A DNA stretch of 64,000 bases from an uncultured Succinatimonas sp. (lineage in GTDB: Bacteria > Pseudomonadota > Gammaproteobacteria > Enterobacterales > Succinivibrionaceae). How positions within the stretch are numbered: position 1 is the first letter of the stretch; each line of letters opens with the position of its first letter. Below the pieces are notes generated by a model. That model ran no database searches, was not told where the DNA came from, and saw only the letters and a program-made list of their open reading frames with translations. A program made the position numbers and the translations under genes. The stretch spans positions 10,802-74,801 of the forward strand of contig NZ_CAJKVK010000001.1 of assembly GCF_905203285.1 (NCBI RefSeq), read 5' to 3'. Shown one piece after another: positions 57,184 to 64,000 of this stretch.

Positions 57184-58119
57184 ATGGGCAATACCGCTAC
57201 TACAAAGTATATTTGGTTTAACGGAGAAATGGTTCCTTGGGAGAACGCTAATGTTCATGTAATGACTCATGCTTTACACTACGGTTCTTCCGTATTTGAA
57301 GGTATTCGTGCATACGAGACTCCGAACGGCACCTGCATTTTCCGTTTAAAAGAGCACATCGATCGCCTGTTTAATTCTTCAAAGATTTATCGTTTTGATA
57401 TTCCTTTTACTAAAGAAGAAGTAATGGACGCCTGCTGCAAGATCATGACTGAAAACAATCTTCCGTCAGGTTATATCCGTCCGCTCGTATTTATTGGCAA
57501 CGTCGGCTTAGGCGTAAGAGTTCCTGACGGTGCTAAAGCTCAGGTTATGGTAGGAGCTATCCCTTGGGGTGCTTATCTTGGTGAGGAAGGCTTAAAGAAA
57601 GGCGTTAAAGTCGGTGTTTCTTCATGGCGCCGTTTAGCTCCTGATACTATTCCTACAGAAGCAAAGGCTGCCGGCAACTATCTGTCTTCAATTCTTATTG
57701 CCAATGAGTGTGCTCAAAACGGTTACGATGAAGCAGTTGCTTTGGATGTCAACGGTTATGTTTCAGAAGGCTCCGGCGAAAATATCTTTATCATTAAAGA
57801 CGGCGTTCTCTATACCGCTCCGTATACCTGCGGTCTGCTTCCTGGTATTACCCGCTTGTCTATCATTACTTTAGCTAAGGAAGTCTTAGGCCTTGAGGTA
57901 AGAGAGCAGCGCATTCCTCGTGAAATGGTTTATCTTGCCGATGAAATGTTCTTCTCCGGTACCGCAGCTGAAATCACCCCGATTGCCAGCGTTGACGGTA
58001 TCCCTGTCGGCTGCGGTTATCGCGGACCTTTGACTGAAAAGATTCAGAAGCTGTTCTTTGACGTCGTTCAGGGTCGTGTTGAAGATAAATGGGGTTGGTT
58101 GACTCCGGTTAAGAAGTAA
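57184..58119 (+). CDS. ilvE: branched-chain amino acid aminotransferase
   Basis: 311 aa of PLP fold type IV. Classic IlvE N-terminus (IWFNGEMVPWENANVHVMTHALHYGSSVFEGIRAY). Confidence 0.93.
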   Translation: MGNTATTKYIWFNGEMVPWENANVHVMTHALHYGSSVFEGIRAYETPNGTCIFRLKEHIDRLFNSSKIYRFDIPFTKEEVMDACCKIMTENNLPSGYIRPLVFIGNVGLGVRVPDGAKAQVMVGAIPWGAYLGEEGLKKGVKVGVSSWRRLAPDTIPTEAKAAGNYLSSILIANECAQNGYDEAVALDVNGYVSEGSGENIFIIKDGVLYTAPYTCGLLPGITRLSIITLAKEVLGLEVREQRIPREMVYLADEMFFSGTAAEITPIASVDGIPVGCGYRGPLTEKIQKLFFDVVQGRVEDKWGWLTPVKK

Positions 58120-58146
58120 TTTTTATTTGCTTTAAAAGATCTCAAC

Positions 58147-58183
58147 AAAAGCCCGCTTATCTCATTTCGTGCGGGCTTTTTTG
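58147..58183 (+). terminator. rho-independent terminator (or attenuator) between ilvE and ilvD
   Basis: Stem AAAAGCCCGC/GCGGGCTTTT followed by TTTTTT. Confidence 0.65.
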
Positions 58184-58209
58184 TCAAAAATAATAAAAAG
58201 GAAAATATC

Positions 58210-60057
58210 ATGCCTAAATACCGTTCAAGCGTTACTTATGAAGGAAAAATAATGGCCGGTGCCCGTGCTTTGTGGAGAGCTACCGGTGTTAAAGCTGAAG
58301 ATTTCGGCAAGCCGATTATTGCAGTTGCCAATTCCTTCACTCAATTTGTGCCGGGACATGTGCACTTACATGATATCGGACAGCTTGTAGTTGAAGAAAT
58401 CGAAAAAGCAGGCGGTATCGCTAAAGAATTTAATACTATTGCCGTTGACGACGGTATCGCCATGGGCCATACCGGTATGCTTTATTCTTTGCCTTCACGC
58501 GATATCATTGCCGACAGTGTTGAATATATGGTGAACGCTCATAAAGCCGATGCTTTAGTCTGCATTTCAAATTGCGATAAAGTAACTCCCGGTATGCTTA
58601 TGGCCGCCATGCGTCTTAATATTCCGGTGATTTTCGTGTCCGGAGGCCCGATGGAGGCAGGCCGCAGCAAGGTTATTGACCATAAGCTTGATTTGATTGA
58701 CGCAATGATCATTTCTGCAGAGCCTGATGTGACAGATGAAACCGTAAAGGAAGTTGAGGAAGTAAGCTGCCCGACTTGCGGTTCCTGCTCAGGTATGTTT
58801 ACCGCCAATTCCATGAACTGCCTGACCGAGGCTTTAGGTTTGGCATTGCCTGGTAACGGCAGCTTGGTCGCTACCCATAAATTGCGCCGCGAGCTCTTTG
58901 TCAAAGCTGCACAGCGTATTGTTGAGATGGCAAAGGCTTATTATGAGCATGATGACGAGTCGGTTTTACCGCGCAATATCGCTAATCGTCAAGCTTTTGA
59001 AAATGCTATGACCATGGACATCGCTATGGGCGGCTCCACTAATACCGTATTGCATTTGCTTGCCGTAGCTCAAGAAGGCGGAATCGATTTTACTATGAAC
59101 GATATCGATCGTTTGTCCCGTCATGTCCGTCATTTATGCAAAGTAGCTCCGTCTACCACTAAATATCATATGGAAGATGTTCATAGAGCCGGCGGCGTAA
59201 TGGGCATTTTAGGTGAGCTTTTAAGAAAAGATTTGATTAACCCTGAATGCAAGACCGTTCTCGGTATGACCATGGCAGAGGAAATCAAGCATTATGACGT
59301 CACAACTACCGACGATCCTAAGGTCCTTGATTTTTATAAAGCCGCACCTGCAGGAGTAAAGAGCCTTAAGGCATTTTCTCAGGATTGTCGTTATGACAGC
59401 CTTGATTTAGACAGAAAAGAAGGCTGCATCCGCGATTATGATCATGCATATTCAACAGACGGCGGTCTTGCTGTTCTGTATGGAAATCTGGCGGAAAACG
59501 GCTGTATCGTTAAGACTGCCGGTGTTGATTCTTCAATTTTGAAATTTGTAGGTCCTGCCAGAATCTTTGAATCTCAGGAAGACGCCGTTGACGGTATTTT
59601 GCACGGAAAAGTTAAAGCCGGCGATGTCGTGATTGTCCGTTATGAAGGACCTCACGGCGGTCCCGGTATGCAGGAAATGTTGTATCCGACTTCCTATATT
59701 AAGTCAGTAGGCCTTGGCAAGAAGTGTGCTTTAATCACTGACGGCAGATTCTCCGGCGGATCTTCGGGATTGTCTATAGGTCACGTCTCCCCTGAAGCTG
59801 CAAACGGCGGCAATATCGGTTTGCTTGAAGAAAACGATTTAATTGAAATCGATATTCCGAATCGTTCGATAAGAATGTGCGTTGATGACGAGACTTTAAA
59901 AGCTCGCCGTGAAGAGATGGAAAAACGCGGTCCTAAGGCTTGGAAGCCGGTAAAACGTGATCGCGAAGTATCGTTTGCGTTAAAGGCATATGCAGCTATG
60001 GCATCAAGCGCAGATAAAGGCGGTGTTCGCGATCGTTCTAAGATCGAGGCCTTATAG
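58210..60057 (+). CDS. ilvD: dihydroxy-acid dehydratase
   Basis: 615 aa. Fe-S ligand region CDKVTPG and the IlvD/EDD family signature. Confidence 0.95.
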   Translation: MPKYRSSVTYEGKIMAGARALWRATGVKAEDFGKPIIAVANSFTQFVPGHVHLHDIGQLVVEEIEKAGGIAKEFNTIAVDDGIAMGHTGMLYSLPSRDIIADSVEYMVNAHKADALVCISNCDKVTPGMLMAAMRLNIPVIFVSGGPMEAGRSKVIDHKLDLIDAMIISAEPDVTDETVKEVEEVSCPTCGSCSGMFTANSMNCLTEALGLALPGNGSLVATHKLRRELFVKAAQRIVEMAKAYYEHDDESVLPRNIANRQAFENAMTMDIAMGGSTNTVLHLLAVAQEGGIDFTMNDIDRLSRHVRHLCKVAPSTTKYHMEDVHRAGGVMGILGELLRKDLINPECKTVLGMTMAEEIKHYDVTTTDDPKVLDFYKAAPAGVKSLKAFSQDCRYDSLDLDRKEGCIRDYDHAYSTDGGLAVLYGNLAENGCIVKTAGVDSSILKFVGPARIFESQEDAVDGILHGKVKAGDVVIVRYEGPHGGPGMQEMLYPTSYIKSVGLGKKCALITDGRFSGGSSGLSIGHVSPEAANGGNIGLLEENDLIEIDIPNRSIRMCVDDETLKARREEMEKRGPKAWKPVKRDREVSFALKAYAAMASSADKGGVRDRSKIEAL

Positions 60058-60058
60058 T

Positions 60059-61591
60059 ATGGCTAAAAAATTATTAACCGATCAGGAATATTTACATAAG
60101 ATTCTGTTATCACGCATTTACGAGGTGGCGCGAGTCACCCCGTTGCATAAGCTTGATAAATTATCAGAGCGTTTGGGCGTGAATATTTTGTTAAAGCGAG
60201 AGGATTATCAGAAAATTCATTCTTTTAAAATCCGCGGTGCTTATAACAAAATGTTAAATCTCACTCCCGAACAGTTAAAGCACGGTGTGGTGGCAGCTTC
60301 TGCAGGAAATCACGCTCAGGGTGTTGCGGTCTCAGCCGGAAAACTTCAAACTCGTGCCGTGATTGTCATGCCTACATCTACACCTGATTTAAAAGTGGAT
60401 GCGGTAAGGCGCTTGGGCGGAGAGGTAGTGCTGTTCGGTGAGTCTTTTAATGAGGCTTACGAACATGCCAAAGAGCTGGCTCAAAATGAAGGATTGACTC
60501 TGATCCCTCCGTATGACGATCCTGATGTTATCGCAGGACAAGGAACTATAGCTCATGAGCTGTTAGGCCAGTGTTCTGACATTAATACGATTTTCGTCCA
60601 GATAGGGGGCGGCGGCTTAGCTGCTGGCATTGCCGTATATATTAAGGCGCTTATCCCTTCCATTCGGGTGGTCGGGGTAGAAGCTGAAGGCAGTGCCTGC
60701 ATGAAAGCGGCAATTGAACGCGGTAAACCGTGCGATATCGGTTTTGTTTCGCATTTTGCCGACGGCGTGGCCGTAAGCAAAGCAGGAGATGAGACTTTCC
60801 GTCTTTGCAAACAGTACGTAGATGAAATCATTACTTGTTCAAATGATGAAATCTGTGCTGCGATGAAAGATATTTTCGATGATACCCGTGCCATTGCCGA
60901 ACCGTCAGGTGCTTTGGCTCTTGCCGGTCTTAAAAAGTATGTTCGTGAGAATGAATGTGAAAATAAAGGCAATTACATTGCAGTTCTTTCGGGAGCAAAC
61001 GTTAAGTTCCATACTTTGCGTATGGTTGCCGAGCGCTGCGATGTGGGCGAGATGGCTGAAGGAATTTTATCAGTTGAGATCCCTGAGGAAAAAGGTTCGT
61101 TCCTTAATTTCTGCAAAGCCTTAGGCGATCGTCACGTAACGGAGTTCAGTTACCGCTATTCCCATAAAAATCGTGCTCGTGTCTTTGCATCCGTAGAGCT
61201 TACTAACGGTAAGCAAGAGTTGGACAGTATTTCTGCATCATTAAAAAAGCAGGGATATCTGGTGACCAATCTTACCGATGACGCTATAGCCAAAGATCAC
61301 GTACGTTATATGGTCGGCGGACATCCTACCTTAGAGCTTGACGAAAAGCTGTTTTTATTTGAGTTCCCAAATTCAAAGGAAGCCTTGATAAGGTTCTTGA
61401 ATGCTCTTGGCAATATGTTCAGCATTACGCTTTTCCATTTCCGTATTTCCGGTTTGGAATTTTGCAGCGTTTTGTGCGGATTCAACGTTGCCCAGGATCA
61501 AAGCAAGAATCTGGATGATTTTATTAAGAAAGTAAATTATCCTGCTGTTGAAGTAACGGGAAATACTGCTTATCAACAGTTTTTACGCTGA
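60059..61591 (+). CDS. ilvA: threonine dehydratase, biosynthetic (with C-terminal ACT-like regulatory domains)
   Basis: PLP-Lys motif SFKIRGAY, about 510 aa with tandem regulatory domains. Start placed at ATG 60059 (MAKKLLTD...), immediately after the ilvD stop. The ORF track opens upstream at 59990. Confidence 0.9.
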   Translation: MAKKLLTDQEYLHKILLSRIYEVARVTPLHKLDKLSERLGVNILLKREDYQKIHSFKIRGAYNKMLNLTPEQLKHGVVAASAGNHAQGVAVSAGKLQTRAVIVMPTSTPDLKVDAVRRLGGEVVLFGESFNEAYEHAKELAQNEGLTLIPPYDDPDVIAGQGTIAHELLGQCSDINTIFVQIGGGGLAAGIAVYIKALIPSIRVVGVEAEGSACMKAAIERGKPCDIGFVSHFADGVAVSKAGDETFRLCKQYVDEIITCSNDEICAAMKDIFDDTRAIAEPSGALALAGLKKYVRENECENKGNYIAVLSGANVKFHTLRMVAERCDVGEMAEGILSVEIPEEKGSFLNFCKALGDRHVTEFSYRYSHKNRARVFASVELTNGKQELDSISASLKKQGYLVTNLTDDAIAKDHVRYMVGGHPTLELDEKLFLFEFPNSKEALIRFLNALGNMFSITLFHFRISGLEFCSVLCGFNVAQDQSKNLDDFIKKVNYPAVEVTGNTAYQQFLR

Positions 61592-61595
61592 TATA

Positions 61596-61621
61596 AAAAG
61601 AGGGCTGAGGCCCTCTTTTTA
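61596..61621. terminator. bidirectional rho-independent terminator between ilvA (+) and hemY (-)
   Basis: Stem AGAGGGC/GCCCTCT with loop TGAG, flanked by A5 and T5 runs. Confidence 0.7.
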
Positions 61622-61633
61622 TAGCTGAGATTG

Positions 61634-62797
61634 TTAGCAGCAGCGCATAAAATATTGACTTGCCTTTTCAAATAATCTTAATTTGCTGTAAATCAATGCA
61701 AGGCGATAGCAAATATCTGCATCTTCTTTTATTTGCATCGCTGCCAAAAGATGTTCACAGGCTTTTTCGTTAAGATTTTCATTACTCTCAAGCTGAGCTA
61801 AGGCTTTTAGCATAGAGCATTTAGCCTCATCGTCAGCGGCATGCATCTCAAGCCTTTTACCTACAGCTTCTCTGACTTTTGGCAGAGCTGACTGTAAATT
61901 GCTTATAGCTTTATACAGTTCAGGCTCATCTTGATTGTGACTTAAAAGATCACAGGCAAGCTTGTTAACGGCATTAGTGTCTTTAAACTCATCAATCTTC
62001 AATAAAAGCTGCGTATTTATAGGCAGAATATATCTGACTTTTTTAGGCAGTAATTTTCTTAATGCTAAAGCTTCATTGGTTTTAGTTAATAACGCAAGTT
62101 TTTGCGTGAAAGCTGCGGTATAGATATTATTAGCTTCATGATCGTCAATGATTTTGTCAGAGATGAGACGGGGAGCCATTTCCGCAAGCCCTTCAAAGTC
62201 ATTTTCATTTTTTAAGCTTTGATAGCTTATTTTAGAAATGAAAGACGAGTCTTTAAGCTTTAACGGCTGCAGCGTCTCAAGTGCGGCTTCGACATTTCCA
62301 AGTTTGAAATTCATCTTGGCTCTGACGATTGCAACTGCAACTTTTGCATGCGGATCGCTTTTCTCAATCTCATCCAGAATAGCAGTGGTTTTTGCATAAT
62401 CTCCCAGTTCAAAAGCAGCATCTGCTGCAATGAACTTAGTAAAGGTAGGGATTTGAGCTTTTTTAGGAGCTTTATTGAATAAAGCTAAAGTACGTTTGAA
62501 ATCTCCTTCTTCGTAGGCGATAAACGCATTGTTTTGCCATGTTATTTGTTTCTTGTCGGCACGGCGCTTTAACATCAGCGAGGCTCCGTGCGGCAGGTGC
62601 ATCACGGACAAAACAAAATTGACGGCAAAATAGAAAATGATAAAAGCAATTACGGTCAATACGGTACCGGTAACTACCGACATCTCTATAATATAGTCGT
62701 TTGTCGCAATATGTATGTATCCTTGCGAATCTGCTAAGTACGGACCGATAAAGATTGCAGCGCAGGTTACAAGGAGCGCAATGCAGATTTTAATCAT
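61634..62797 (-). CDS. hemY: HemY-like protein (TPR-containing inner-membrane protein of the hemCDXY cluster)
   Basis: N-terminal two TM helices followed by TPR-like repeats. 387 aa. Immediately downstream of hemX. Confidence 0.75.
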   Translation of the reverse strand: MIKICIALLVTCAAIFIGPYLADSQGYIHIATNDYIIEMSVVTGTVLTVIAFIIFYFAVNFVLSVMHLPHGASLMLKRRADKKQITWQNNAFIAYEEGDFKRTLALFNKAPKKAQIPTFTKFIAADAAFELGDYAKTTAILDEIEKSDPHAKVAVAIVRAKMNFKLGNVEAALETLQPLKLKDSSFISKISYQSLKNENDFEGLAEMAPRLISDKIIDDHEANNIYTAAFTQKLALLTKTNEALALRKLLPKKVRYILPINTQLLLKIDEFKDTNAVNKLACDLLSHNQDEPELYKAISNLQSALPKVREAVGKRLEMHAADDEAKCSMLKALAQLESNENLNEKACEHLLAAMQIKEDADICYRLALIYSKLRLFEKASQYFMRCC

Positions 62798-64000
62798 TGC
62801 TGTTCTCCTCTGTTTACGACATCAATAGGCTCTAAAATTCGCTCTTTGGCAAATTTATTAAATAAAGCACTGCTGCTAAGTACGGTCGGAGTATCCAGAT
62901 CTACACTCTTTTGTAAGAGCTCATTAATATCGTTGATAACAGTCTTGGTGACTTGATGATCATTATCAAAGTAGGCTTTGACTAAAGATAACGCGTCGTT
63001 AAGGTTAAAAGCGTAGTCTTGTGCATCAGAGTAATTAAGATCAGCTTTTGCAAGTAGAATTCTGGTCTTAATATTTTCTCTAAGATAGGCCTCCTGGGTA
63101 GGCGATAAGAAAGCATCGGTTTCTTTTGGATCTTTACGCCTTACTTCAATAAAGCGGGAAGAAAACTCTTTTGCTGAATTCAGGATATTATCTTTCCAAT
63201 TTAAGATACTGTCCGTAGGAGTGGTTTCTTTCTGGAAGGCATCTTTACGCATGTCTGCATCGGAAAAGCCTTTTAAGACCAGATTATCAATGTTTTTATA
63301 AACCTCATTAAGAGCGATATTGATGCCGTAACGATCAATGGGCTTTAAGTTTGAAAGCGTCGTAATATCAGCATTTATCGCTTCTCTTATTGCAATGACA
63401 TCAGTATCTTCAATATCGGCGATAAGCAGGTTGGCATTATTTAAGAACCATAAGGCAGCTTTTACGTCTTTGTCAAAAACCGCCTTCTGCATGGCGTTAT
63501 TGACGAGGAAGAAGCATTCGGCAAGGCGCCAATCATCAGGATTCTGTGTTTCATAACGCTTGAGTCTTGCTGATAATGAAGCAATATTTGAGGCGTTGGT
63601 CTTATTGGCACTTTCGATTCCGGTCAATTTGCCGTCCAATCCCTTATACGAATTTAACGCATCCTCAAGCTCGCCGTTGCGCATTAAAAGCAGATTGATT
63701 TGCTCAGAAGCCTGACTTAAGGATTGAGCCGAGTCTTGAAGCTGGTTTTTAACGTTTAAAATCTCCTGCTGATTTGCTTCAAGCATATCATCTTTTGCCT
63801 GCAGCACATCGGTAGTTTTTACTGAGTAAATGGCAAAAGCGGCAAGACCGATAAAGATCACGACGCTAAGTGATGTCAGAATAAAATTACTTCCTTTTAA
63901 AGATTTAATTTTCTTGTTTAAATCACTTAGTTGCTTTGCCTGATCATAATAAGGATCACTGTAGGTGTTTACAGGATCGGCGCCTTTTTGGCTTTTTTGC
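62794..64000 (-). CDS. hemX: HemX-like membrane-anchored protein, 5' end beyond the window
   Basis: Manual extension of the frame upstream of the internal GTG at 63861 stays open to position 64000 (QKSQKGADPVNTYSDPYYDQAKQLSDLNKKIKSLKG... then the TM helix VIFIGLAAFAIYSV). The gene is therefore partial. Confidence 0.7.
   Translation of the reverse strand, partial: QKSQKGADPVNTYSDPYYDQAKQLSDLNKKIKSLKGSNFILTSLSVVIFIGLAAFAIYSVKTTDVLQAKDDMLEANQQEILNVKNQLQDSAQSLSQASEQINLLLMRNGELEDALNSYKGLDGKLTGIESANKTNASNIASLSARLKRYETQNPDDWRLAECFFLVNNAMQKAVFDKDVKAALWFLNNANLLIADIEDTDVIAIREAINADITTLSNLKPIDRYGINIALNEVYKNIDNLVLKGFSDADMRKDAFQKETTPTDSILNWKDNILNSAKEFSSRFIEVRRKDPKETDAFLSPTQEAYLRENIKTRILLAKADLNYSDAQDYAFNLNDALSLVKAYFDNDHQVTKTVINDINELLQKSVDLDTPTVLSSSALFNKFAKERILEPIDVVNRGEQQ

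Noticed and set aside
63859-63861. Internal GTG listed as the hemX start by the ORF track
   Set aside because: The reading frame stays open upstream to the window edge and encodes a plausible charged N-terminal region. The true start is outside the window, so the gene is reported as partial.
1-64000. CRISPR arrays or other tandem repeat arrays
   Set aside because: No regularly spaced direct repeats were seen anywhere in the window. The only reiterated elements are short operator-like palindromes.

Overview
This 64-kb window looks like a gammaproteobacterial chromosome of roughly 40-45% GC, estimated by eye. Most of it is core housekeeping, and the gene-order blocks match Enterobacterales-like synteny. 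The recognisable blocks are menA; trkH-trkA-rsmB-fmt-def (minus); yrdD-like/purE/tsaC/aroE/rsmJ (plus); a LacI-family regulator with a split transketolase and a TRAP transporter; glmS-glmU-lgt; dnaE; ilvY/ilvC; rep; tcdA; tRNA-Arg(CCG) and tRNA-Leu(CAG); an NSS transporter; fldA; an RND efflux pair with a divergent TetR; yciA; dsbA; a YihG-like acyltransferase; ilvE-ilvD-ilvA; and hemY/hemX, where hemX runs off the window end. The accessory content is as follows. (1) Two diverged paralogous type II toxin-antitoxin pairs, each a DinJ/RelB-family antitoxin followed by a YoeB/Txe-family toxin. They sit at 16278-16799 (minus) and 26969-27499 (plus), and the first toxin has no canonical start codon. 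(2) An IS4-superfamily DDE transposase at 25256-26710, next to an orphan 4'-phosphopantetheinyl transferase. (3) A strongly AT-rich insertion of about 1.9 kb (37561-39475) exactly at the conserved ilvC|rep junction. It encodes an ABC/SMC-like ATPase of the AAA_21 type, with Walker A GENNTGKST, LSTGLK and ILDEPETHLHP motifs, plus a 203-aa partner with no recognisable domain. This is the best candidate in the window for an undescribed two-gene anti-phage or abortive-infection module. (4) A 644-aa primase-like protein with a CHC2 zinc finger, a D/N/F-rich low-complexity linker, a TOPRIM domain and an unknown C-terminal domain. It lies between tcdA and rep with 1-2 nt gaps, so the run tcdA/primase-like/rep/ATPase/partner may form one minus-strand transcription unit. 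(5) An orphan squalene/phytoene-synthase homologue. (6) A GPH-family MFS symporter fused to a PTS EIIA-2 domain, co-operonic with a ModA-fold periplasmic binding protein. (7) Candidate TetR and LacI operator palindromes. No CRISPR array, integrase or rRNA was found.
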